From positions 1 through 49,482 of the forward strand of contig NIVC01004342.1 in assembly GCA_002269645.1 (NCBI GenBank): a stretch of 49,482 bases of DNA, written 5' to 3'. Below, piece by piece: positions 1 to 11,738 of this stretch. How positions within the stretch are numbered: the stretch's first letter is position 1; every line of letters starts with the position of its first letter. Below the pieces are notes generated by a model. The model was not told where the DNA came from and did no database searches. It saw only the letters and a list, made by a program, of their open reading frames with translations. The DNA comes from Macrostomum lignano (taxonomy: Eukaryota). A program made the position numbers and the translations under genes.

Positions 1-29
1 CCAGAAGGAAATCCTGGCTTACGCCACTG
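1..29 (-). mobile_element. Terminal inverted-repeat end of a CAGTGGCGTA-type MITE/DNA transposon (partial)
   Basis: AAATCCTGGCTTACGCCACTG at 9-29 is the reverse complement of CAGTGGCGTAAGCCAGG. The same terminus (CAGTGGCGTA) occurs forward at 43629. Confidence 0.45.
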
Positions 30-1309
30 CATGTCAATAAACTTTGCTTTTTTGATATCTGTTCAATGCAAAGTAACGAAATTATTTCAATTGATCTGTT
101 GCATAACAATCGAAAGCAAGAAATTTTGGACAGTGCATTAATGATATTTTAGTACTTTCGATTGCTTGCAGATATTATTTTTTATAGCTAACATAGTTTT
201 TGGTAGACATTGCTCATTAATGTTATTATTTAATGTACCTATACATTGTGTCAAGATTATGAAATAAAGATTTCGGTTGGGCTTTGAACAAATTCTATTT
301 ATGTAGTTATGTTAAATTATAAGCATGTGGCTTTCAACTTTGAAAGCATAGGTTAGACTAACTAAACTAGAATATAAAGCCCTTTTCACATTTTTACCAT
401 TGTATTTTACATATTTATATCAAATATAGGTTTAAATTATCTATATACTTAACTGTGAAATGTTGAATTATTTATTCCATTCTTTTTTGCAATTATTATA
501 ATTTCTTAAAGGATTTTACTTTAGCTTAAAATAAGGTAATAAAAGGTTCAATTTTGGTTTCTAACTAGGTCCTAAAACAAAATAAAGCAAGCAAAATATA
601 TCTTATAAACTAAACTTAACTTAGACTTAGTATACTAGATTCAATCTATATCAAAAACTAGAAACCAAGTCTATATTTAGTTTATTTACAGTGGTCTGGG
701 TCTTTTACTCAAGGTATTCTAAGTATAGGCAAAAACATTTGCAACATGCTTGTCTAAATGAACTATCTATAATATACTCTCTTTGGACAATCAGCACTTT
801 GATTTGCCCTTTGGACTATATATTCATAGAAATGTTTTCTTATATAATCTGATATATGCATGAAAAATATATCTTAGACCCTAAGACCCAGAAGATGGCC
901 CTTGACAAACCAAAATATGAGCTATATTGCTGATGGATTTAACTATTAAAGCAAACTTTATTGGTTTTCTTTTTTATACTTTTATGCTTACTTACAAGCT
1001 GCTATACCTAAATATCCTACTATATATGGGCTAAAGGTTGAATAGGATTAAATTTTTAGGCAAGATTTGGATTTCAATTTTTGCTCAGATCCTGTCCTTC
1101 TTCTAATATAGCACATCTTTAAAATTCTTGTTTTTACTAGAGGATTCTTTGTTTTGTCGAATAGAAACTTATATAAGAAAGCATTGCTAATATAATCTAT
1201 AAATGGCTAGGTGGATAAAACAATTTAAACCATTGCTTGTTATTTTTCCCTTTTGTTTTCTTTCCAATAGAATTATTGACATTGGCAATCAAAATATGAA
1301 CTTCTGCAG

Positions 1310-2046
1310 GCGTCCCACATTTTGCCTCGTGTGATCCTTCTTGGTGACTCACTGACCCAGTTTGGCTGGTCCAGCACCTCTGGCTGGGTTGCTCGCATAG
1401 CTGACTCCCTGGCCCGCCGCTGCGACATCGTCAACCGTGGCTTCTCGGGCTACAACAGTCGCTGGTGCAGGCTGATCGCGCCAGATCTGTTCCCAGCCGA
1501 CAGTCTGAAGACTGCAGTTGCTGCTTTTGTCATCTTCCTGGGCGCTAACGACTCGAACCGTGCCGGCAGCACCACCCAGCACCTGCCGACCGCCGACTAC
1601 GAGGCCGAGCTCGTCCGCCTCGCTGACTACCTGACTGGGCCAGCCGGGCTCAGCCGCGATGCGTTGATTTTCTGCTCCCCGCCGCCAGTTGACGGCGACG
1701 CGTGGGACCGCTGCTGCCAGGAGCGGTTCGGCACGCCCGGCACCAAGACGCTGGAAGACGTGCCGCCTTATCGAGACGCTTGCAGGCGGGCAGCCGAGGC
1801 TGCTGGCGCCACTTTCTGCAACACCTACGACGGCTTTCTGGAGCACGGGCGGACGGCGATTGGCGGGGCCTGTTCTGCGACGGGCTGCACTTTGGCCCGG
1901 CCGGGGCTGAGCGAATGTTCGACCTGCTGTGGCCGGAGATTCACAGGCGGACCGAGCGCCTGCCACAGCTGGCGCCGGAGTGGCGGACGGTCGATCCTGG
2001 CGATCTGGATGCGTCTCTTGTCAGCTTGATGAACTCTCGGGAATAA
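1310..2046 (+). CDS. IAH1: Isoamyl acetate-hydrolysing esterase 1-like SGNH/GDSL hydrolase; frameshift near 1847-1851; start unresolved
   Basis: SGNH blocks GDSL, NRGFSGYN and FLGAND are in the 1322 frame; block V DGLH and LWPEI...PEW are in the 1702..2046 frame. One extra G in the GGG at 1847-1849 joins them (EHG-A-DGDWRGLFCDGLH). Acceptor ctgcag ends at 1309; stop TAA at 2044-2046. Confidence 0.85.
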
Positions 2047-2615
2047 TTATTGGCTTTAGTGTGGGCGGTGGGAACTTTGGATTACACAGGGATATTCAAC
2101 ACAAAGAAGCCTGTGAGCAGCAGAAATATCGCGAATGATGCCTTGGGAACTCCTTCAATATGACGCATTGCATTTAAAATTCGAATGGTTGATTATAGTA
2201 AGAATATAACCAGTTTTCATGCCTCATGAGGTTTATAAAATGCTCACGTTTGCCTATAAAGCGTATAATTGAAAAAAATTAAATAAACTGTTGTAATTCT
2301 ACACATTGTGGACAGTTACGCTCGTGCACAGTTTTCAAAAGGCAGACTGTATGTACTCTTGTATTGTAGGCATGCCTAATCTAGGCCTTAAAATCAAAAT
2401 CATTACCGCATCCATCTCCACCTTCAGTTTGCTTTTAAAAGACGTTTTCAAACAAAGTTAGGAGAACTTAGTTGATTTTACTATGGTGCTTCATGCATAT
2501 ACTTCCACTCCTCCGTTTTAATGAAGATAAATCGTAGCTTGATTTTCTGCTCTGTTGCTTTTACGCCATATTAAAATATTTCACTATTCTTCCGCTTTCC
2601 AGAAAGTAGTCTCTG

Positions 2616-4685
2616 ATGGCCGATGCCGGCGACAATGTACGCGTGGTGGTGCGCTGTCGCCCCATCAATCAGAAGGAGAAGGACGCCGGCAACAAGGTGA
2701 TTGTGAAAGTTGATGAGCTGCGCGGCTCCATCGAGATCACCAATCCGGCCGGGCCGCCTAGTGAGCCACCGAAAACATTCACTTTTGACATCGTTTTCGG
2801 CATGACCTGCAAACAGGTGGACATTTATAACAAAGTGGCCAGGCCCATTGTTGATTGTGTTATTGAAGGCTACAATGGCACGATATTCGCGTATGGCCAG
2901 ACCGGAACGGGCAAGACTTTCACGATGGAAGGCGTCAGGACCGTACCTGAGCTCCGTGGCATCATCCCGAACTCGTTTGCTCACATCTTCGGCGCCATCA
3001 GCAAGGCGACAGCCAATGTGACCTTTCTTGTGCGGGTCTCGTATCTAGAGATCTACAACGAGGAGGTGCGCGACCTGCTGGGCAAGGATCAGACAGCCAG
3101 ACTAGAAGTGAAAGAGCGGCCCGATGTGGGAGTGTACGTGAAGGATCTGTGCAGCTTTGTGTGTCACAATCCGGACGAAATGGACAAGCTGATGACCGTC
3201 GGAAACAAGAATCGTGTTGTAGGAGCCACGAACATGAACGAGCATAGCTCACGTTCTCATGCAATTTACACTGTGACGGTGGAATGTTCCGAAAAAGCAG
3301 TGACTGGTAAAACGATGCTCCGACAAGGCAAGCTGCATCTTGTAGACTTGGCTGGCAGCGAGCGTCAGGCAAAGACCGGAGCCACTGGTGTGAGGCTGAA
3401 GGAAGCCACAAAGATCAACTTGTCGCTGAGTACTCTTGGCAACGTGATTTCTGCACTTGTCGATGGAAAGAGTACCCACATTCCATACCGCAACAGCAAG
3501 CTCACTCGACTTCTTCAGGACTCACTTGGAGGCAACAGCAAGACCGTAATGTGCGCCAACTTTGGTCCAGCTGACTACAACTTTGATGAAACAATCAGTA
3601 CTTTGAGATACGCAAATCGGGCGAAGAACATCAAGAACAATGCTAAGATCAATGAGGATCCTAAAGATGCAATGCTGAGACAGTTCCAGAAAGAGATTGA
3701 GGATCTGAAGAAGCAGTTGGAGGATGGTGGCGGCATTCCAGAGGGAGACGAAGATGATGAAGATGACGAGGATGATGAGGACGTCGTTGTTGGCGAAGAC
3801 GGGCAAGAACGTCGAGTTCGCAAGCGGCGCGCCCTTAAAAGCCTTTCTAAAGACCAGATGCAGGAAATCGAGCAGCGCATTGCCGCAGATCGCCGTCGAT
3901 TAGAAAAAGATCAAAACATGGCTGAAGAGGAGCGCGACCGCGTTCGCCAGCAGCTGGAATCGCAGGAGCGCGAGCTCACGCGTCACCGTCAAGAGCAGCG
4001 GGCACTTGAACAGAAGCTGTCGGACCTGGAGAAGCGTCTTATCGTTGGTGGCGAGAACCTGTTGGAGAAGGCGACTGAACAGGAGCGGCTTCTTGAACAG
4101 AATGCAAAAGAGTTGGAGGCTAGGCGCCGGGAGGAAGAGCGACTTCGAACGCAGTTAAAAGAGAAGGAGCAAGCAAAGGTCGAGATTGAAGATCGCTACC
4201 GCAGTCTGGACGAAGAAGCCACTGCTAAGACGCGGAAGCTAAAGCGTCTTTGGCAGGTGTACATGGAAGCAAAGTCTGAGCTAGCCGACGTGCAAGAAGA
4301 GCACCAGCGCGAGATGGAAGGCTTGCTAGAAAACGTGCGACAACTGAGCAGAGATCTGCGCCTGCAGATGCTCGCTATTGACCAATGCATCCCGCGCGAA
4401 TATCAGGAACTCATCGAGAGCAACGTTGTATACAATGATGCCATCGGCGAGTGGCAACTCAAGGGTGTGGCCTACTCAGGCAATAACATGCGCAAGCGAG
4501 CCGCTGAAGCGGAGGAGAAAGAGAAGAAAGAGTTGGAGGAGAAGTTTGCGGAGCCGCCGCTGGAGACGGTGTACTTGCGCTATAGTGAGCGGCTGGACAG
4601 TGCCGTGTTCAAGCCAAGCGCTCGGTCCGCCAAAGGCAAAAAGTCGGCTAAAAGTGGCGGTAGGAAAAAGAAATCTGCTGCATAA
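2616..4685 (+). CDS. KIF3A: Kinesin-2 motor subunit KIF3A-like, copy 1 (689 aa, intronless)
   Basis: P-loop GQTGTGKT, switch I NEHSSRSH, switch II DLAGSE, neck INEDPKD, acidic hinge then GED..RKRR, coiled-coil stalk with LIVGGENLL, and tail AYSGNNMRK, all typical of KIF3A. Confidence 0.95.
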   Translation: MADAGDNVRVVVRCRPINQKEKDAGNKVIVKVDELRGSIEITNPAGPPSEPPKTFTFDIVFGMTCKQVDIYNKVARPIVDCVIEGYNGTIFAYGQTGTGKTFTMEGVRTVPELRGIIPNSFAHIFGAISKATANVTFLVRVSYLEIYNEEVRDLLGKDQTARLEVKERPDVGVYVKDLCSFVCHNPDEMDKLMTVGNKNRVVGATNMNEHSSRSHAIYTVTVECSEKAVTGKTMLRQGKLHLVDLAGSERQAKTGATGVRLKEATKINLSLSTLGNVISALVDGKSTHIPYRNSKLTRLLQDSLGGNSKTVMCANFGPADYNFDETISTLRYANRAKNIKNNAKINEDPKDAMLRQFQKEIEDLKKQLEDGGGIPEGDEDDEDDEDDEDVVVGEDGQERRVRKRRALKSLSKDQMQEIEQRIAADRRRLEKDQNMAEEERDRVRQQLESQERELTRHRQEQRALEQKLSDLEKRLIVGGENLLEKATEQERLLEQNAKELEARRREEERLRTQLKEKEQAKVEIEDRYRSLDEEATAKTRKLKRLWQVYMEAKSELADVQEEHQREMEGLLENVRQLSRDLRLQMLAIDQCIPREYQELIESNVVYNDAIGEWQLKGVAYSGNNMRKRAAEAEEKEKKELEEKFAEPPLETVYLRYSERLDSAVFKPSARSAKGKKSAKSGGRKKKSAA

Positions 4686-5698
4686 AATTGTGGCCTTTTC
4701 TGCATGTTGAGTAACAGTTAATTTGCTGTTTTGGACATCAACAAGTCTTTATTTGTCTATCGTTCTATTGACAAGAGTTTCCTAACAATCTCAGTTTCTA
4801 ATGAAGCAATTGTTTTTTAAAGAAAAAAGTATCCCAGGTAAATTTATCAGTAATCAATGTTTCTTTAGGTCACTACTTAGTAATCTTGTTACTCTAGTCA
4901 CTGTTTTACCTGTTTTATTATGTATGCAGTGTCATGCCTGTTTCTGACTGCTTTTGTTCTCTAGGCAATTACTTGAGCTCTACTGCCTTTCTCAATGTCG
5001 GTTTGCGTCTTTTATGTCACAGATTCGTTCTATTTTTTATATTCAACTTAGTATGGTTATACAGACGTGCAATTTTTGGTTTTTCTCACAAATCTTATGA
5101 TGTTTATAATATTATCTCTAATCATTGCAATATTTGACTTTAGTATATTTTCACAGTTACCCTAAATATCTCTTCAGTAGTCTCTGAGAATCTCTGACAA
5201 CTTTAATTGCCTAGCACCTGTTTTCTTATGTCTTATTGTTTTTATTTAAATATATATACTGTAGGCTAAAAAATGATCCCTAAAGTCACAACGTCTTTAT
5301 TTATTTTAAATGTATGTGTACAATACTACTTCGAACTTTAGCTAATGCTACAGCTTTACTTTAAATTTGTTTAACTTTTTTACTTTCAGTGTTCAAATTG
5401 TAATACGCACATATACTTAAGTATGTCACTAGCTACTACGCACGTATTTTAAGTCATGGGTCAAAAGCTAACAATTTTCTTAACTCTTTGCTTTAGCCTT
5501 AGACTGTCTAGAGACGAGTCCAATTGATGCTCCGTGAAAGTAGTTCTAGAATAGTTGTTCATTAGAAACCCTGAGCTAGGGTTTCCGAGACTTCAGTTTT
5601 TCTACGAAACCATAATATTAGCGTTTGGAATAAGTAGGTTGATCTCGTTAACCTTAATTATTTTTTAAAATTTCCTTTACTTCTGCAAGAAGCTTCCA

Positions 5699-7132
5699 AT
5701 GTCGGAAGAAGAAAATAATTTTATTGTGGCGGTGAGGTGCCGGCCACTCAGTCAAAAAGAGATCACCGAAGGCAACAAGGTGACTGTGAAAATTGACGAG
5801 CTCAGAGGAACAGTTGAAATCACGGAGCCAAATGTTGTTCGCCAAGAAGGAATGGCCAGTCACGCGGGAGAGCCTAAGACATTTACATTCGATCACGTGT
5901 TCGGCATGCAGAGCAAGCAGGTGGACATTTATAACAAAGTGGCCAGACGAATTGTCGATTTCGTTTTGGAAGGCTACAATGGCACGATATTCGCGTATGG
6001 CCAGACCGGAACGGGCAAGACTTTCACGATGGAAGGTGTCAGGACCGTACCTGAGCTTCGTGGCATCATCCCGAACTCGTTTGCTCACATCTTCGGCGCC
6101 ATCAGCAAGGCGACGGCGAATGTGACCTTTCTTGTGCGAGTCTCGTATCTGGAGATCTACAACGAGGAGGTGCGCGACCTGCTGGGCAAGGATCAGACAG
6201 CCAAACTAGAAGTGAAAGAGCGGCCCGATGTGGGAGTGTACGTGAAGGATCTGTGCAGCTTTGTGTGTCCCAGTCCGGACGAAATTAACCAACTTTTAAT
6301 CGATGGCGCAAGGAATCGAATGTTTCATGCGACACGCATGGGCAGGCTAAGCTCTAGATCCAACAGGGTGTTAACAGTAACAATCGAGTGTTTAGAGCAA
6401 GGCCAAAATGGTAAAATAGTGGTGCGTCAAGGCAAACTGCATCTTGTAGTTTTTGCTGGTAGCGAGCGTCAGTCAAACGCTGGAGTCACTGGCGTGCGGC
6501 TGAAGGAGGCCTCTAAGATAGGCATGTCTATGAGTCCTTTTGGCAAAGTGATATCAGCACTCGTTGATGGGAAAAGTGTCCACATCCCTTACCGCGACAG
6601 CAAGCTCACTCGTATACTTAAGGATTCACTAGGTGGTAACAGCAAGACATTAATGTGCGCCAACTTCAGTCCAGCTGACTGTAACTATAAGGAGACTATA
6701 AGTACGTTAAGATTGGCCTGTAGAGCAAAGAGAGTCACTAATAGTGCCAAGATTAACGAGGATCCAAAAGACGCGATGCTGAGGCAGTTCCAAAAGGAGA
6801 TTGAACAGTTAAAAAGTCAACTGGAGTGTTGCGACAGAATTTCAGGCACGAACTGCGATGTTACAGACGCTGCTGCTACGAGTAAAGAAGACAGACACGG
6901 GCGTTCTGTTTGTAAGCAGCATGCGTTTAAGAGCCTCTCTAATGAGCAGATGCTGGAAATTGAGCGTCACTTCGCTGGCCGTCTCCGACCAGAACACGAT
7001 CCAAACATACCTGAACGGGAGCTTGACCAGTTTCACCATCAGTTGGTTTGGAGAAGCTCAGACTGTCTCCATTGGAGATTGTGTGCCATTCCAGCTGCAA
7101 TCAGCCAGGCAGTGCTGTTTTTAAATCCGTGA
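5699..7132 (+). CDS. Divergent, C-terminally truncated KIF3A paralog, copy 2 (477 aa; pseudo-motor or young pseudogene)
   Basis: P-loop intact. Switch I reads GRLSSRSN, switch II VFAGSE and helix 4 [12 protein letters not shown]. Stalk homology ends near ELDQFHHQL (~7045), followed by an unrelated tail. Confidence 0.8.
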   Translation: MSEEENNFIVAVRCRPLSQKEITEGNKVTVKIDELRGTVEITEPNVVRQEGMASHAGEPKTFTFDHVFGMQSKQVDIYNKVARRIVDFVLEGYNGTIFAYGQTGTGKTFTMEGVRTVPELRGIIPNSFAHIFGAISKATANVTFLVRVSYLEIYNEEVRDLLGKDQTAKLEVKERPDVGVYVKDLCSFVCPSPDEINQLLIDGARNRMFHATRMGRLSSRSNRVLTVTIECLEQGQNGKIVVRQGKLHLVVFAGSERQSNAGVTGVRLKEASKIGMSMSPFGKVISALVDGKSVHIPYRDSKLTRILKDSLGGNSKTLMCANFSPADCNYKETISTLRLACRAKRVTNSAKINEDPKDAMLRQFQKEIEQLKSQLECCDRISGTNCDVTDAAATSKEDRHGRSVCKQHAFKSLSNEQMLEIERHFAGRLRPEHDPNIPERELDQFHHQLVWRSSDCLHWRLCAIPAAISQAVLFLNP

Positions 7133-8034
7133 TTCAGTTGTATTTATCCTGGGTAAAATCGCGGCGGTTTCGATATAGAAATACTGATCAACGCACTAGC
7201 GTTTTGTTTTGATAGGTTATTTTCTCTTTATTGTAGTTCGTTTTGTGTCTGTTTTTTAAAAATTACATCATTGGAAAATTGTTCACTCGATTTGTAATAC
7301 TAATATACTTTTGAGGAAGCTTCGTATCTCCAACTCACTCTGGTATTCTCTGTTTTTCTCTGCCACGATACTTTACATGTATAAGTACGATTGTTTACAA
7401 ATCTTACGCTACTGTGTTCAACTTTGGATTTAAAGCCAGCAAAATAACCATTTTAATACCTATTTTGCTTTTGAGATTATCGCAATTAAGCGATACATGT
7501 AGAATTACTTGGCTATACTTTCTAGCTTTCAGGCAATTAAGTACTATGCTATTTGTACTGATTGGCCTTCAGAACATCACAAGGATTTGAAACTGCGCCT
7601 TAAGAAGTGCTTGAAAACTTTTACTGATTCCGTATTTGATTGTTCCGAAATGTGCTTTCTGCTTTTTATCCAGCCTATCTAGTGAGGCCTAATCGAACTA
7701 TCTCATATTTTTAATGCATTTGTGAACTTTGAAGATGACAAACTCTTTTACAACAGATACTTTTTAATATTACTAGTATACAATTCATGAGTTTATATTG
7801 TAGTAAGAAAATTTACTTGCAAAAAAATTCAAATCAATAAGTTAATAATCTTCTCTATGTATAATTTTCGATTTCCGTTTGGCTAAATTTGTAAACAATG
7901 TAAAAATAGGTCATTCTGTGTATTAGGCTATTAGCATTAGAACTTTCAAACAATTTGCATTTAGAGTTTCTCCTAAACAACTATTAAAGTAGCAGCCATA
8001 TTTTACTATAAGAACGCCTTTTCTCTTTCATGCA

Positions 8035-10113
8035 ATGTCGGAAGAAAAGGAAGACAACGTCAAGGTGGTGGTGAGGTGCCGGCCACTCAGTCAAAAAGAG
8101 ATCACCGAAGGCAACAAGGTGACTGTGAAGATTGACGAGCTCAGAGGAACAGTTGAAATCACGGAGCCGAATGTTGTTCGCCAAGAAGGGATGGCCAGTC
8201 ACGTGGGAGAGCCTAAGACATTTACATTCGATCACGTGTTCGGCATGCAGAGCAAGCAGGTGGACATTTATAACAAAGTGGCCAGACGAATTGTCGATTT
8301 CGTTCTGGAAGGCTACAATGGCACGATATTCGCGTATGGCCAGACCGGAACGGGCAAGACTTTCACGATGGAAGGCGTCAGGACCGTTCCTGAGCTTCGT
8401 GGCATCATCCCGAACTCGTTTGCTCACATCTTCGGCGCCATCAGCAAGGCGACAGCCAATGTGACCTTTCTTGTGCGAGTCTCGTATCTGGAGATCTACA
8501 ACGAGGAGGTGCGCGACCTGCTGGGCAAGGATCAGACAGCCAAACTAGATGTGAAAGAGCGGCCCGATGTGGGAGTGTACGTGAAGGATCTGTGCAGCTT
8601 TGTGTGTCACAGTCCGGACGAAATGGACAAGCTGATGACCGTCGGAAACAAGAACCGTGTTGTAGGAGCCACGAACATGAACGAGCATAGCTCACGTTCT
8701 CATGCAATTTACACTGTGACTGTGGAATGTTCCGAAAAAGCAGTGACTGGTAAAACGATGCTCCGACAAGGCAAGCTGCATCTTGTAGACTTGGCTGGCA
8801 GCGAGCGTCAGGCAAAGACCGGAGCCACTGGTGTGAGACTGAAGGAAGCCACAAAGATCAACTTGTCGCTGAGTACCCTTGGCAACGTGATTTCTGCACT
8901 TGTCGATGGAAAGAGTACCCACATTCCATACCGCAACAGTAAGCTCACTCGACTTCTTCAGGACTCACTTGGAGGCAACAGCAAGACCGTAATGTGCGCC
9001 AACTTTGGTCCAGCTGACTACAATTTTGACGAAACTATGAGCACGTTACGATACGCAAATCGGGCAAAGAACATCAAGAACAATGCTAAGATCAATGAGG
9101 ATCCGAAAGACGCAATGCTGAGACAGTTCCAGAAGGAGATTGAGGATCTGAAGAAGCAGTTGGAGGATGGTGGTGGCATTCCAGAGGGAGACGAAGATGA
9201 TGAAGATGACGAGGATGATGAAGACGTTGTCGTTGGAGAAGGCAAGGAGAGGAAAAAGCGCAATCAATTCCGTGGCTTGTCTGACGAAGAGATAAAAAAA
9301 ATTGAGATTAATCTTCAGTCTGATTTGAAGAAACTCGAAAGCGACTCTCGCTTGTCAGAAAAAGAAAAGAATGACGCTCTTAAAAGACTTCAAGCGAAGC
9401 AACAGGAGCTGGACGAGCACATGAAGGATCGCCTTGCACTGCAGCGTAAGATGGAGAACCTCATGGGTCGGCTTATTGTTGGCGGTGAAAACTTGCTGGA
9501 GAAATCTGAGGCGCAGGAGAAGCTACTTGAAAAGACAAATCTGGAGCTGCAACAGCGCAAGAAGGAAGAGGAGCGACTCCGCGCTCAGCTGAAAGAGAAA
9601 GAGCAGGCCAAAGTTGAGATTGAGGATCGCTATCGCAGTCTTGGCGAAGAGGAAGAAGGAAAGACGCGTAAGCTAAAAAAGGTTTGGGAACTTTACACAA
9701 AGACGAAGGATGAGCTTGTAGAAATCAACGAGGTTCACCAACGCGAGATGGAAGGCCTGCTGGAAAATGTGCGCCAACTAAGCAAAGATCTGCGCCAGCA
9801 GTTGCTGATCATTGACCAATGCATTCCTCGGGAGTATCAGGAGCTCATTGAGCGGAACATTATTTGGAACGAATCCACAGGCGAGTGGCAGCTGAAGGGT
9901 ATAGCCTACTCAGGCAACAACATGCGCAAGCGGGCCGCCGAAGCCGAGGAGAAAGAGAAGAAGGAGATGGAAGATAAGTTTGCCGAGCTGCCGCTGGAGT
10001 CGGTGTACCTGTCATATAGCGAGCAGTTGGATCATCAGGTGTTCAAGCAGAGTGGCGGAAAATCCAAAAAGTCGAGTAAGCGTAACAAGCGCAGAGCGGC
10101 GAACCATGATTAA
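8035..10113 (+). CDS. KIF3A: Kinesin-2 motor subunit KIF3A-like, copy 3 (692 aa, intronless)
   Basis: All motor motifs intact; motor core nearly identical to copy 1; N-terminus and first coil diverged; full stalk and tail present. Confidence 0.95.
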   Translation: MSEEKEDNVKVVVRCRPLSQKEITEGNKVTVKIDELRGTVEITEPNVVRQEGMASHVGEPKTFTFDHVFGMQSKQVDIYNKVARRIVDFVLEGYNGTIFAYGQTGTGKTFTMEGVRTVPELRGIIPNSFAHIFGAISKATANVTFLVRVSYLEIYNEEVRDLLGKDQTAKLDVKERPDVGVYVKDLCSFVCHSPDEMDKLMTVGNKNRVVGATNMNEHSSRSHAIYTVTVECSEKAVTGKTMLRQGKLHLVDLAGSERQAKTGATGVRLKEATKINLSLSTLGNVISALVDGKSTHIPYRNSKLTRLLQDSLGGNSKTVMCANFGPADYNFDETMSTLRYANRAKNIKNNAKINEDPKDAMLRQFQKEIEDLKKQLEDGGGIPEGDEDDEDDEDDEDVVVGEGKERKKRNQFRGLSDEEIKKIEINLQSDLKKLESDSRLSEKEKNDALKRLQAKQQELDEHMKDRLALQRKMENLMGRLIVGGENLLEKSEAQEKLLEKTNLELQQRKKEEERLRAQLKEKEQAKVEIEDRYRSLGEEEEGKTRKLKKVWELYTKTKDELVEINEVHQREMEGLLENVRQLSKDLRQQLLIIDQCIPREYQELIERNIIWNESTGEWQLKGIAYSGNNMRKRAAEAEEKEKKEMEDKFAELPLESVYLSYSEQLDHQVFKQSGGKSKKSSKRNKRRAANHD

Positions 10114-10455
10114 CTCCGTTAGAGAAAAGATTTTCTTATTCACTCGAAATTTTCGCTTATCTGTACTTCATAATCATATTGGTTGAAAGTGCTGAGCTTT
10201 TTTACTTCAGATATAATTTATAGTTTTACTTGGAAGTAGATCTCCAAAACTTTTATTTCAATCTGACGCCTGCTTCTCGGGGGTTGCATATATACGTGCT
10301 GCCAAGACCGGGAAACTTAAGCGTTTTTGTATATAGGATGCCAGATGAGACTACTCAATAATAACAGAAATTTTGAATTCCTGGAGTAGAAAGAACGACT
10401 CTCTAGTGACTTTTCAGAAATTTAGCAGTACTGTATAGTCACTTTTTACCACTTT

Positions 10456-10703
10456 AGTGACCCTGGTAGCTCTGTAGTGACTGCTGTACTGCTGTAGTGA
10501 CTCTGGTAGCACTGTAGTGACTGCGGTACTGCTGTAGTGACTCTGGTAGCACTGTAGTGACTGCGGTACTGCTGTAGTGACTCTGGTAGCACTGCAGTGA
10601 CTGCGGTACTGCTGTAGTGACTCTGGTAGCACTGTAATGACTGCAGTACTGCTGTAGTGACTCTGGTAGCACTGTAATTACTCCGGTCCTTTTGTAGTGA
10701 CCC
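10456..10703. repeat. 40-bp tandem repeat (two related 20-mers), ~6 units
   Basis: Unit CTCTGGTAGCACTGTAGTGACTGCGGTACTGCTGTAGTGA. Confidence 0.95.
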
Positions 10704-10811
10704 TTAGAAATCCTGTTCTGTAAGCCAGCTGTAACAACCCCTGTAATATTTCCAAGGGGTTTTAAAGTTTGACTTTCTGTCGTATTTCAGCGAAAAAGTA
10801 ATATCAATTTG

Positions 10812-10883
10812 AACTGTCCTGCTCTGGCTTATCAGGCCGTGAATTCGGTTCGGAAAGGAAAGAAGGGCTTGTTTTGCTTAGCG
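10812..10883 (+). repeat. 72-bp dispersed direct repeat, copy 1
   Basis: AACTGTCCTGCTCTGG...GTTTTGCTTAGCG is identical to 12209-12280. Confidence 0.9.
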
Positions 10884-11738
10884 ATAGCGTACATGAATTA
10901 ATTAGGTATACTGTTTTGTGTTTCCCCGAATTTTGTGTTGTTTGTGTCTTCCTATGCTTTTATTGGTTTATAATCGAATATTAAACGATCGGTACGGATG
11001 GAAGTGAAGTAATTTTGTAAGCTTTTTATTTCGCTTCGCATATTCTATTTGAAATTGAGATGCAAGCTACGCAAGTTTTTTATCTAGATCTGTAACAAAT
11101 AACCATTGTGCATAAGTATTTAATGCATTCCATTTTATTGATTATTCAGACATTTTGTAGCGACAGTGTAATTGTCTTAATTTTTTCTTAAGTTCTTCCA
11201 TTCCGTCCACTGTGTTACCTGTTGTGGTTGGAAGCTTTTGACTTTAGTGCTTCGTAGTTTTTTAATCCAACAAACAAATATTTTCCTGAACTTATTTTCC
11301 ATTTATAATGAAACATTTTTTGTTTTTCTACATCGCATTCACATAAAGCGAGGGGAACTTGTAAAAATTTTGCAAAATTACGGCAGATGTTTTAAAATAC
11401 AGTTAAATACATGCTTTTCTACTTACGTAAGTAGACAGTATGGCATATGGAAATTGCCTATAATTATTGAACTTGTGAAATTTTCAAAAATAACTAAAGC
11501 CTCGATTTGAATCTAATGCTTTATTCTTATGATTTTTTTCTCTACCTGTACATAATTAATTGATAAAAATGTCATTAAATGAAGTACTGCAAAATGCTGG
11601 CTCCTAGTAATGTATACCATTTAGAAATTTCCCATCAAAACATTTTCCAATTTAAGCTACTCAGTCGTAGCATATCAGATAGACAATGCACTCTTAACAT
11701 TTATTGACAGGCAGTCTGCAAATGGCAATACGAATTCC

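Noticed and set aside
5565-5585. 8-bp-stem hairpin GAAACCCT-GAGCT-AGGGTTTC upstream of KIF3A copy 2
   Set aside because: Single occurrence, not shared by the other copies; chance cannot be excluded.
2571-8854. Recurrent antisense ORFs (2571..2984, 5654..6088, 7984..8427; 2998..3411, 8441..8854)
   Set aside because: Shadows of the duplicated kinesin coding strand; their similarity follows from the sense-strand duplication.
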